Positions 20,687 to 29,559 are shown, numbered from the stretch's first letter. The stretch: DNA of 32,000 nt from Candidatus Saccharimonadota bacterium (GCA_963706795.1 OY970170.1:90001-122000); one strand, 5' to 3'. Made by a program: numbers and translations. Notes: generated from the letters alone by a model not told the origin.

Positions 20687-21699
20687 GACAGGCGCTCAGC
20701 AAAAAAACTGAGGATGAAGTAAATACAACTACTGAGTATGTATACGGTATCGGAGGAATGGATGATGTAGTAGCTTCTGTGTCTTCTTCGGGAGATGTGA
20801 GGTATTTCTTACATGATCATCTGGGATCGACGGTAGGAGTGATGGATGAGAGTGGAGAGATGATTCAGGAGTATTCGTATGGAGTATTTGGGGATGTGCA
20901 TGTGAAGAGTGGAAGTGGAGGGTTTGCGAGTGGTAGTTCGCTTATTACTTCGAGACTATTCACTGGAAGAGAATATGATGCGGAGACTGGATTGTATTAT
21001 TACAGAGCAAGAACGTATGATGCTGCTTTGGGTAGATTCTTGCAGAGAGATCCGATTGGGACGGATGATCAGGTGAATATGTATACGTATGTGAGGAATA
21101 ATCCGATGAAGTGGGTTGATCCGAGTGGGATGAAAGGGAAACCAGCTACGCCTGAAAGGAAGTATGATGTAACTGAGATGGTGTTGTTTATATACGATTT
21201 ATCCCTAGAGAATACCGATTGATTTAATTTTTTTGTATTTAAGGAAGGTACAAAAAATGGCTGAGCTTTTGACATCAAAAGAAACTCATATATAGCTACT
21301 ATGGCAGCAAAGAATAATGGTATTGTTTACTTCGATTGACAAGCAGTTGAGCCTTCTAATTTAGGAAATTTGTTAGCAGGATTAAATATGAAGAACAGTT
21401 ATTTACCATCTTCATTGGTACGTAATAAGTTTATGGAAGTCGAGATAGACAATGCAACTAACGAGTGATACTGAAAATACGCGGAAGAAATTGCTAAATA
21501 TGATGAGCATAGTGATGAGGTTTGGTACGATGCATGAGAAAATATTTACAACACTTACACCAATGCGAGTACCAGGCAAGAAAAAATAGACACTATTCGA
21601 AATGCAATAACAAATACAACTCCAGAATACAAGAGGCGCTCAAACGAAGAGGGAGTAAAAAGAAAGTATTACAAAGATTTAATCAATAACCAAAACTAG
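20656..21699 (+). CDS. Orphan Rhs fragment 2: Rhs core end plus a divergent toxin tip CT2 (188 codons)
   Basis: The core piece is the same as in orphan 1 up to VDPSGM, then new sequence: KGKPATPERKYDVTEM... It continues through TGA 21220, 21262, 21337, 21466, 21472 and 21535 to TAG 21697-21699. CT2 shares motifs with CT1 (VYFDGQAVEPSNLGNLLAGLN vs VYIEGESVELSELGNFLIGYN; WYDAG vs WYDIG). Confidence 0.65.
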
Positions 21700-21702
21700 C
21701 AT

Positions 21703-21933
21703 ATGAAATTACTACGATCTTTTAGCACTGTAAGCATCTTTATTGTTGCGTATCTAATCACTTACAAAATCTCCTATCTTGCCATTCATAAATATATATT
21801 TCCATTCAGGTATGCTGATGATTTAGATTCAGTAGTACACAGTAGCCTACTTGCATTTTTTATATCAATTTTATCTGGATTTTTTCTAGCCTATCTTGTG
21901 TATAGAAAACTTACGCATCAAAATCGAATCTAA
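21703..21933 (+). CDS. Small two-TM membrane protein (76 aa); candidate immunity for CT2
   Basis: The ATG lies 3 nt after the CT2 TAG. Hydrophobic segments VSIFIVAYLITYKISYLAI and LLAFFISILSGFFLAYLVY. TAA stop. Confidence 0.6.
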   Translation: MKLLRSFSTVSIFIVAYLITYKISYLAIHKYIFPFRYADDLDSVVHSSLLAFFISILSGFFLAYLVYRKLTHQNRI

Positions 21934-22326
21934 GGGGATGTGTATATGAAGAGTGGAGGTGGGGGGTTGTAAGCAATGGAGTCAGCCTCATTCATTTGAA
22001 GAATAGTCTGTCAAAGTGAAACATTTTCTGTGGATAGTATTTATGATGGCGGACTAGAGATTGAGAAAGTTGGTTATGCAAAATACAATCCAACGTTATC
22101 GAGAGATCAAATAGAGCAACGAGCGCTGGCAGATGAGTTACCAGATCGTGCTTGGTACGATGTCTGATACATGTATGCCACAGGACAAAAAGAAGGTACT
22201 ATCAGTTTATCAATGTCTAATGCAATGAAAGTAGGAAATAAAACTAGTAAAGATCAATTAACAAGAGTAAATCAACTAATAGATCAAGCATGCTGATCAA
22301 ATCAGCAATGTCGTCTATCTCATTAA
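21934..22326 (+). pseudogene. Degraded orphan 3: a ~34-nt stub of the Rhs core (GDVYMKSGGGG) followed by the C-terminal part of a third toxin tip (CT3)
   Basis: ggggatgtgtatatgaagagtggaggtgg resembles the core sequence ggggatgtgcatgtgaagagtggaagtgg (GDVHVKSGSGG). There is an in-frame TAA at 21970. The downstream frame encodes ...RDQIEQRALADELPDRAWYDV[TGA]YMYATGQ..., homologous to the CT1 tail REAALNDELQDRKWYDIGYKKG. TAA stop at 22324-22326. Confidence 0.6.
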
Positions 22327-22336
22327 TTTAAATTAT

Positions 22337-22645
22337 ATGCGTAAATTTATTTCTATCTTTGCGAAGTTCTGCCTGTTCCTAATTATTCTTTTTGAAGCTG
22401 GAGGATTTGTGTTTCGTACTCATGAATACATTGCAACTAAAATACTAATGTTATATCAGCCTGATACATTGTATTATGGCCATGGATTTGAAATTGGCAT
22501 TGTATCAGGCCTACTCCTCTGAATCCTCTGAGTTTACTGATTCACAAAAATAGATAAGAAACTAACGGATCGATACTGATTACTTCCTGATGTATTAATT
22601 ATTGCAGTTACCTTTGCGTACATTTGAATGAGGATTTGGCTATAG
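22337..22645 (+). CDS. Small three-TM membrane protein (102 aa); candidate immunity for CT3
   Basis: Track ORF 22337..22522 extends through TGA 22520, 22529, 22538, 22577 and 22625 to TAG 22643-22645. Hydrophobic segments FAKFCLFLIILFEAGGFVF, IGIVSGLLLGILGVYGF and LLPDVLIIAVTFAYIGM. Confidence 0.55.
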
Positions 22646-22693
22646 CAATAAATTTAGAATAAAAGGATTGGGGCAATCGAGAGTATGAGTCAC

Positions 22694-22736
22694 TAAAAAA
22701 AATCCCCGCAACTCTCACGAGTTGCGGGGATTTTTT
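22694..22736. terminator. Bidirectional terminator between the Rhs locus and the convergent peptidase operon
   Basis: Perfect 12-bp stem: TCCCCGCAACTC (22703-22714) pairs with GAGTTGCGGGGA (22719-22730), loop TCAC. Flanked by A8 on one side and T6 on the other. Confidence 0.9.
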
Positions 22737-22741
22737 CCTCC

Positions 22742-23968
22742 TTATCCATTCATCGCCCGATAAATCAAACTCGCAACCTCACCTCTTGTGAGTGGTGCAT
22801 TAGGGTTGAAACTTGCACCGGACTCCAATGCATCATTGTCATTCGCCCAAACTATGTGCGGGAAGAACCAGTCGGTTGTCTTTACGTCGGGGAATGGTGA
22901 AGTTGCTGGCGTGCCAGGTTGTACACCAAGAAGTCCGAGGACAATTTTAAGACCTTCTACGCGAGTCACTGGAGCATTAGGTCGGAATGTACCATCTGGG
23001 TAGCCACCGACCGTTCCAAGGGCATGGGCGGTGTTTACGTATGACAAAAATGCATTGCCGACAGGTACGTCCGAAAAGTATGTGGTCGTGTCGTTTGTGA
23101 GGGATTTCTTAGAGGCATTAAATGCCATCTTGAGGATCTCTCCCCTGCTTACATTCGCATTTGGGAAAAATCGACCATTCTGGCCTGATGCGATACCATG
23201 ACTCTTGATAAAAGCCACTGCCGGAGCATAGAGATAGCTCGGTGATACATCACTAAAAAGTACATCATCATCGCCAGAAGTCACTGGAGTGGTAATCGTG
23301 ACCGTACTTGCTACTTCAACGGTTGGCTTCGGTGGAGTGACTACTGGAGTCGCGATGGGCGTGACAACTGGAGTGGGAACAGAAGGAGTCGGCGATCCGC
23401 CAACACGATCCAAAAATACGAGTGGATTCACTGTATAACGCACGCCGTTCTCGATACCAAGACCGCGATTTACTGCTTCCATAAAGCCGAGTCCGAGGGT
23501 TTGTGCATCCTTAAAACTAAATGGCCAATACGGATGAAACGGCGCATCCGCAACATCGATCTGAAAATGCAGATGTTCACCAGTCGACTGACCAGTATTG
23601 CCGGTTTTACCGATGATATCGCCTTCTTTGACTGTTTGCCCTTTGGTTACAGAGAGCTCTGAAAGATGAAGATAATTTGAGTAATACGTCGCTTTTTTGC
23701 CAGTTGCGGGATCGAGGACATTGTCGTGTTGGATCACTACAAAATTCCCATCTGCGGCATTCGTTCCTGCGGCAAATATTGTGCCATTAAGTACTGCATG
23801 GATCGGATCATTCGGAGACATTGGTACGATATCGACACCAGGATGGCTTCCAGAATTTTCGTCGTAGTCGCCTGAGACGTAATTGCCGAGATAGACCGTT
23901 GTGTAGGTCATAAAGAGTGTCGCGAGCTTCGTTGGATCGTAGGGTTTTGGTGTTCGGATTGGGTACAT
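22742..23968 (-). CDS. M23 family metallopeptidase with three C-terminal SLH domains (408 aa)
   Basis: M23 motifs HPGVDI and GEHLHFQI, then a P/T/V linker, then three S-layer-homology-like repeats (FSDVSPSY...FFPNANVSRGE; FSDVPVGN...GTFRPNAPVTRVE; FPDVKTTDW...FNPNAPLTRGE). No in-frame TGA. No recognisable signal peptide at the N-terminus, and a TAA lies 9 codons upstream of the ATG. Confidence 0.85.
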   Translation of the reverse strand: MYPIRTPKPYDPTKLATLFMTYTTVYLGNYVSGDYDENSGSHPGVDIVPMSPNDPIHAVLNGTIFAAGTNAADGNFVVIQHDNVLDPATGKKATYYSNYLHLSELSVTKGQTVKEGDIIGKTGNTGQSTGEHLHFQIDVADAPFHPYWPFSFKDAQTLGLGFMEAVNRGLGIENGVRYTVNPLVFLDRVGGSPTPSVPTPVVTPIATPVVTPPKPTVEVASTVTITTPVTSGDDDVLFSDVSPSYLYAPAVAFIKSHGIASGQNGRFFPNANVSRGEILKMAFNASKKSLTNDTTTYFSDVPVGNAFLSYVNTAHALGTVGGYPDGTFRPNAPVTRVEGLKIVLGLLGVQPGTPATSPFPDVKTTDWFFPHIVWANDNDALESGASFNPNAPLTRGEVASLIYRAMNG

Positions 23969-24010
23969 AGCAAGAAAATTATCACAGCAATATTAGTCTA
24001 TAATGCACAC

Positions 24011-24844
24011 TTATCGAATCGATTTCATCGGAACATTTGCAAATCCGGTCTGATCTTGGATTTCTTCTGCCGAAGGATTTTTTTCGGAAGCACTCGCAGA
24101 CTCGATAATCGGAGTATCGATGACCGGAGGGGCTACCTGAGTGGACGTGGTAGTCGGAGTTTGTACATCAGTCCTGAGAGTAATGCGATCCATAGTCGCT
24201 GTCGTTTGCACACGATTTTTGAGATCTTCTTTTTGCTCTGGAAGCGTTGCCGAAAATATCTTGTCTGCGAGCCGATCAAGCCATGCAATAAATTTGTGGC
24301 TCGAAAATCCCGCTAAAAATGTAAATACGGCGTACATATAGATACTCTGGATGCTGATATCACTCCCAACAGCAGAAGCTCACTGGAGGACACCAAGACC
24401 GCTTCTCGCGATAAAAAATGCGATGATTCCGAGTACACTCGAGAGTACTGGCTGGATAAAGAACCAATAGACCCAAGTATGATTAAATCGCCCAACATAG
24501 ACTTCAACCGGCACAAGACGTTGGAATTCGGTATTTGAGATATGCCCTTGTACATAATCACCGTAAGCGACCGTGTAGATATTTGCGTATTTTACACTCT
24601 GATAGAAATCCTTAATCATAAATGACACGCCGCCCAAAATAGCCACCGAAAGCATCAGACAAATCACCTTCACTTCGCGCACTACGCTCTCAGGGAGCGT
24701 ATTTGTGCCAGTCAGTGAGAAGAAACGATTGATATCAAAGGCTACGGAATAGATCGCAACGCGGTATGCAATATACAGGAGCAATCCAATCCACAGGATG
24801 ATGACGAGCTTCGCGATGGTATTTTTTAGTTCGAAACGGTTCAT
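24011..24844 (-). CDS. Four-TM membrane protein with a Thr/Pro-rich C-terminal tail (about 277 aa)
   Basis: It joins track ORFs 24380..24859 and 24011..24337 (same frame) through the TGA codon at 24380-24382. ATG 24844 (MNRFELKNTIAKLVIILWIG...) is preferred over TTG 24859. TAA stop at 24011-24013. Confidence 0.65.
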
Positions 24845-26916
24845 GTGGCTGTGGTTCAAAGAATAGAGCCTTCTGGCGTATCTTCCGTGATTTCTGATGG
24901 ATTGATGCGAAATTTATAGTCATCTTCTACAAATCTTCCCTTGAGTGCCGAGAGACAGCGTACCATATTTTCGTGCCAATTTTTAGGACTCGAAGCATAG
25001 ATCGGCTTGTCCTTGTTGCCCCATCGTGAGAGATCACTGAGGTTTTGGTATTTACCGAGGAATTTATTATCGAGTGTCTTCCCCATCCAGTAGATACCAT
25101 CTCGTGGTGAGATAAAGGCAGAAGTATCGCCCGAGTCAGTATTGCCGATATTACCAATATTGTACTGTGTTTTGAGGCTGCGGCCAAGACCAGTTTCAGC
25201 AAGTCCGATACACATGAGGAAACTTGGATCGATCTTCGCCTCGACCGCTTCTTCGGTCCACACATCCCAACTCTGAAAATCAGAGGAAGCATAGGTCTTG
25301 AGGAGATATTTTTGACGATCGATTTCAGTATCACCAACGATAGAGAACGTATTGTATTTGTCTGTATTGGCCATGTATCCGTAGCGGAGCTTGAGGTCTT
25401 CGACAAATTTATATTTGTACTTAGTAGCGAGCGACTCAAATCGGAGCTTTGTTAGGTCGAGGAGACGGAGTGGATCGATAGACTCGCGATTTTTATGAAC
25501 TTCAAAATGTACATGAGCTCCACTCGTCATGACTCCCGCACCCTTCGTTCCTGGTGCCCCACCGGACTTTGCAAATACCTGACCCTTATCAATAAAGTCG
25601 AATTTCTTGGCTGTGATTTCGCTGACATGTCCATAGACCGTTACATAGCCATTGGCATGCTTGAGTGCAACATAACCATACCCCTTGAGCGTTGGCTCAT
25701 TGATGTAATAGACATATCCTGGAGCTGGCGCAACAATGTCGGTCGATTGATCAGCTGGAATATCAATCGCTTCATGTTCTGACCCGACAGATGCGTAGTA
25801 GTCAGCATCATGGAAATATGCAGAAACATATTTTGGCGCAACGGGCCATTCAAATGGATTGGCGACTGTATCATCAAATCCATGATCTCTGAGATTTTTT
25901 TCTGCGTCATAGTATGACTTGAGGTCAGCACACTGAATATTCTTTTTGTCTACGATCACGCCTCCATCAGTACTAAGTTTACAGTGGTGTCGATCAGCTA
26001 CTTCGCGGAATGCTCCATCATAAGCGCTGATTGCCGCTGTTAAGCGATCCTCGACTTTTTCTTCTTGGGCTTGATGCTCGGAGATATATTCATTAAATAC
26101 AGATTCTTGCCCCTGAGTGAGTTCGAGAAGCTGGAGTTTGTAGCCCTTTTGTTCATCGAGTTCGACTCGCTTGGTCTCGAGGTCCTTTTTAAGAAGAATA
26201 ATCTTGTTTTTTTCTTCTTTGAGCTCAGCAGTTCGGACATAGTAGTCCTTTACGAGCGAACGACGTTCTTCGATGAAATTCTGTCCCGTGATCTCGAGGA
26301 CGGACTTAAAATGGATATCTGAGAGAATATCCGAGAGATTTCCATCTGAGAGCACGAGCGTACGGATGACATCGACCTTGTCCTCACCGTCATAGACCAT
26401 ATCCCCCTTGGAATAAATATATGAGAGATATCCAAGAATTGCCTCTTTATTTGAATCGATTTTTTCTTGAAGGACAGCAATATTGCGGATCGTATCAGCG
26501 ATATTTTTGTTTTTATCTCGGATCATTTCTTCGGTATCAGCAACTTTTTGCTCGTTTGCGGCGATATCCGTATCGAGCTCTGCAAGCATGCTAGTGAGCG
26601 TAAACTTACGAGTCGTTACGGCGAGTTTTTGTTCTTTGAGCGAGTCCTTCGCATCAGCAATTCGCTGCTTCATCTGCTCGAGAACGCGGATTTGAGATTC
26701 GCTGTCAAAGATTCCGTATTCTTCTTGTGCGGTAAATGGCGCATTTTCAAAGAGGATTTCTTTTTCGCTGTCCTTAAAATTATCAAGGATCTGAGCAGTC
26801 TTTGATTTTTTGATCCCAACGAAGCTGTTGGGATCTTCTCCTGCAAAAACCTGATATCAGATAGTGCTAAAGAGCGTAGTGAGCGTTATCGCAATGGCGA
26901 GTGTTCGACGGAACAT
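24826..26916 (-). CDS. Secreted coiled-coil M23 peptidase with an extra C-terminal lysozyme/glucosaminidase-like region (about 696 aa)
   Basis: Track ORF 24856..26673 extends upstream through the TGA codon at 26857-26859 to ATG 26916, giving signal peptide MFRRTLAIAITLTTLFSTIGYQVFA. In-frame ATGs at 26943 and 26973 are alternative starts. It extends downstream through the TGA codons at 24856-24858 and 24841-24843 to TAA 24826-24828. There is a long coiled coil, M23 motifs HEAIDI and GAHVHFEV, and a C-terminal IGLAETGLGRSLKTQYNIGNIGN region. Confidence 0.8.
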
Positions 26917-26978
26917 GTGGATTGGTTTTGTTTGTGTATTCATGGCTTTAGCAATACTAGCACAGTATCCCATGGAGT

Positions 26979-27007
26979 TCAAAAAAACTCCTTGACGGAG
27001 AGGAGTT
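26979..27007 (-). terminator. Terminator-like hairpin on the minus strand, just upstream of the peptidase gene
   Basis: The minus strand reads AACTCCT-ctccgtca-AGGAGTT followed by T7. The plus-strand arms are 26986-26992 and 27001-27007. A second copy of GGAGTT at 26974-26979 could form an alternative pairing with 26986-26991. Confidence 0.55.
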
Positions 27008-27009
27008 CT

Positions 27010-27439
27010 GTGTTGTTGTGACTATAATTGCCTGCCTCAGTGGTTACTGAGTTTTACCTCCTCCCAACTCCACATACTCATCCGTATTTTTTTCGTTTGC
27101 TGTGGAACTCGCAAGCCTCTCGTGATGGAGATCGCCCTAAGTCCTGTTTTGTGAATTAACTGACTTTAGAGCCTTTGCTCGCACAGTCCTCGCGGCACTG
27201 CAAGAAATCGGATGATATGGGAGTGGGAGTGTGAATGAAAGAAGTTTCAGTTATTCAAAACTCTCTAATCTTCCATCGCAGCGCGGCCGTGATCGATCCG
27301 ATTTCTTTTTGTGCAGTGAGGCACCTAGACAACGAGGAAGGTTTTATTAATCAAATCTCTACCCTTGTCGAACAAACAAAAAGAAACGGACGATCGCGTG
27401 ACAGCGAGAAGCAATAAGATTCAGGAACAGCAAGTTCCC
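27010..27439. other. Unassigned structured noncoding region of about 430 bp (candidate ncRNA or leader; strand unresolved)
   Basis: No convincing ORF under either code. A 20-bp interrupted long-range helix pairs 27061-27083 (ctcccaactccacatactcatcc) with 27210-27229 (ggatgatatgggagtgggag). A local hairpin lies at 27036-27051. A perfect TATAAT sits on the plus strand at 27023-27028, and a minus-strand terminator lies at 26979-27007. Confidence 0.3.
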
Positions 27440-28072
27440 CTAAGCCCTATCCCTCACATACACAAACAACTTCCTCTCCTGACCCGCAAGATTATAGACA
27501 TGTGTTCGCTCCAATTTGAGATGCAATTTACGGAGTGCTGACTCACCATCAGCAAGCTCTTCGTCACTCGGAGATTTGTAGAGCACTAAGGCGCCTTTTT
27601 CTTTGAGAAATGGCTCTGCCCATGTGAGAATAGATGGCAAATATGCTGTCGCACGAGAGACGACAAAATCAAAATTCTTGCGGTATCCATTGCCTTTTGC
27701 GAGCTCTTCGGCACGTCCGTGCACCGCACGGACGCCAGTAAGTCCAAGATCCACAATAAACGACTCACATGCTTTTATCTTTTTGCCAACCGAGTCCAAA
27801 AGCGTGACATCCAAATCAGGCACCAAAATCTTGAGCGGAATCCCAGGAAATCCACCACCCGTACCAATATCGAGAACCTTCCCGCGAAGTTTTTCAAACC
27901 TGAGAAGCATTACAGAGTCTACAAAGTGTTTCTCAATGACTCACTCAGCATCACGGATCGCTGAGAGATTCGTATGTGCGTTATATGTCAAAAATGAGGC
28001 GAGCAGCTTCTCAAAAAGCGCCGTCTCAAGATCGCTTAAGGCAATGTTTTCTTTTTCGAATTGGGATTTCAT
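27440..28072 (-). CDS. rsmG: 16S rRNA (guanine527-N7)-methyltransferase RsmG/GidB (210 aa)
   Basis: Track ORF 27440..27910 extends upstream through one TGA to ATG 28072 (MKSQFEKENIALSDLETALFEKLLASFLTYNAHTNLSAIRDAE[TGA]VIEKHFVDSV...). SAM-binding motif VLDIGTGGGFPGIPLKI. The ATG overlaps the nfeD stop as TAATG. Confidence 0.85.
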
Positions 28073-28500
28073 TACAGGAGCGTTACTTTCACCATGCCAT
28101 GATTCTGGGCTTCGAGGATGACTTTTTTGCCAGTGGCAAAATCCTGTGTAATGCAGTTGGTTTCAACAAGATAGTCTACGCCATCAACCACGATTTTAAA
28201 CTCACTTCCTACGGATTTGAGCACAAAAGTTTCTCCAATTGAGCGATCGAGGCCGATCTTAAGCGACTCAGAATCCCGAGACGCAAACCATTTTGGAAAA
28301 AAATATGAGAATATTCCACTCGCCACCACCAAGATAATTGCCTGAGCAATGCTCACATTCGCCTCGCCAGTAAAATACACATATGCCGCAAGGATAAATC
28401 CTGCAAGACTGATCGAGAGACCATAGAGCGTGGCAGTGAACATTTCAATCATGAGGAAAAATACCCCAACCGAGAGCCAAAAAATAAGTATATCGTGCAT
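28072..28500 (-). CDS. NfeD-family membrane protein (142 aa)
   Basis: Three N-terminal TM segments plus a C-terminal soluble beta-rich domain (GETFVLKSVGSEFKIVVDGVDYLVE...). It lies immediately downstream of an SPFH/stomatin gene, the classic NfeD pairing. Confidence 0.75.
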   Translation of the reverse strand: MHDILIFWLSVGVFFLMIEMFTATLYGLSISLAGFILAAYVYFTGEANVSIAQAIILVVASGIFSYFFPKWFASRDSESLKIGLDRSIGETFVLKSVGSEFKIVVDGVDYLVETNCITQDFATGKKVILEAQNHGMVKVTLL

Positions 28501-28527
28501 AGTAGATTGAAGCTAAAATTAGTGTAA

Positions 28528-29400
28528 CTACTTCATTCCAAAGGCCTTCCCAATACTTGAAAGGATATCACCGTCGATGACATATTTAGTATTGCCACCT
28601 GAGAGACTATTTTGGATTACTCTGAGCTGTTCTTTAGTCACAGCTGCCCCCTTAAAAAATTGTTCGGCAGCGACAGATTCGAGCTCGAGTGCCTTTGCCT
28701 GGGCTTGGGCTACAACGACTTTTGCCTGAGCCTCACCCTCGGCGCGGAGGATTTGAGACTGACGCTCTCCTTCTGATTGGAGAATCTTTGATTGTTTGTC
28801 TCCCTCAGATTTGGTAATGAGCGCCTGGCGATATCCTTCGGCTTCGAGGATTTGAGCTCGTTTTTCACGCTCAGCCTTCATCTGCTTGCTCATCGAATCC
28901 TGGATATCATGAGGCGGATCGAGACGCTTGATTTCGACGCGCATAACTTTCACACCCCATTTGGCAGTTTCGCGATCGAGCGACTCAAGAAGCTTGCCGT
29001 TTATAGCATCACGATTTGAGAGTGTCTCGTCGAGACTCATCGTACCAAGCACCGAACGAAGATTAGTCTGAGCAAGGTTTACCACTGCAACGAAGACATT
29101 GGCGATTTCGTACTGAGCACGAACTGGATCCACGATCTGGATATAGATAATCCCATCAACCGCTACACCGACATTATCTCGAGTAATAATCTGCTGTTCT
29201 GGAACCAAAACAACCTGTTCACGGATTTCGATCTTGCGGAGAGTTTGGACACCTGGGATCAAAAAACAAATTCCTGGCTCTACTCGGCTCGTAAATTTAC
29301 CAAGCGTTTCTACGAGTCCAGCTTCTCCCTGGTTGACCTTGCGGACAAAAAGTGGGATCACAATAGCCAACAACACTAACAGTCAAATGAGGATATCCAT
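28528..29400 (-). CDS. SPFH/Band-7 (stomatin/prohibitin-like) protein (290 aa)
   Basis: PHB-domain sequence (IITRDNVGVAVDGIIYIQIVDPVRAQYEI...RSVLGTMSLDETLSNRDAIN...WGVKVMRVEIKRLDPP), then a coiled E/A/Q-rich region. The start moves to ATG 29400 (MDILI[TGA]LLVLLAIVIPLF...), which restores the N-terminal TM anchor. Confidence 0.85.
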
Positions 29401-29559
29401 AGAATTTGAGGTTAAAATAATCCCGTCCATTCTAGAATCTCTGTCCAAAAAATCAAATAACGATCAATATTCCGTAGCACCACAGAGAGAGATTTTTAGC
29501 AATTTATGGGTATATGATGTACAATCAACAAAAGAAGATTCTCGGATAAAACAGCCCCC

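Larger units (their letters stand above)
17144..21133 (+). repeat. Tandem direct repeat with a 1796-bp unit, about 2.2 copies (A 17144-18939, B 18940-20735, C 20736-21133)
   Basis: Track ORFs at offset +1796 are identical in several frames (17617..18087=19413..19883; 18124..18369=19920..20165; 18420..18665=20216..20461; 18860..19426 vs 20656..21222). By eye, A and B differ at 9 sites in 17144-17283 and at none afterwards. B and C differ only at 19131/20927 and 19309/21105 before diverging at 19338/21134. Confidence 0.9.

Noticed and set aside
17144-21133. The large direct repeats as a CRISPR array or IS-flanked composite element
   Set aside because: The unit length is 1796 bp and the units are protein-coding. 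There is no short repeat-spacer periodicity anywhere in the window, and no cas or transposase genes.
12342-22645. Interpreting the many TGA-interrupted fragments as a decayed pseudogene field
   Set aside because: The interruptions are exclusively TGA, never TAA, TAG or frameshifts. They fall on conserved Gly positions, and the same pattern occurs in essential genes (leuS, rsmG). Only the third orphan (21934-22326) carries a true TAA and a deletion.
27217-27417. Plus-strand ORF of 60-66 aa (track 27235..27417) as a small protein gene
   Set aside because: It is opposite in orientation to all neighbours and has no recognisable features. It overlaps the long-range helix, and it has no credible start context. 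It is more likely a chance ORF in a structured noncoding region.
26974-27439. tmRNA, RNase P RNA, SRP RNA, a tRNA or a c-di-AMP (ydaO-type) riboswitch in the noncoding gap
   Set aside because: I looked on both strands for hallmark strings and found none. The strings were a GGGG...TCCACCA acceptor with a GGTTCGA T-loop, GAGGAAAGTCC with ACAGAA..GGCTTA, the SRP GGAA tetraloop helix, and the ydaO ACGGGGA/CCCA blocks. The minus-strand stretch GCAAACGAAAAAAAT... resembles a tmRNA tag start, but it ends ..GGGKTQ, which is not tag-like. The region is left unassigned.
27440-29400. The SPFH-NfeD-RsmG arrangement as a novel system
   Set aside because: SPFH/NfeD pairing is well known, and rsmG simply follows with a TAATG overlap. 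This is ordinary compact operon organisation. The only notable point is the TGA-dependent start corrections.
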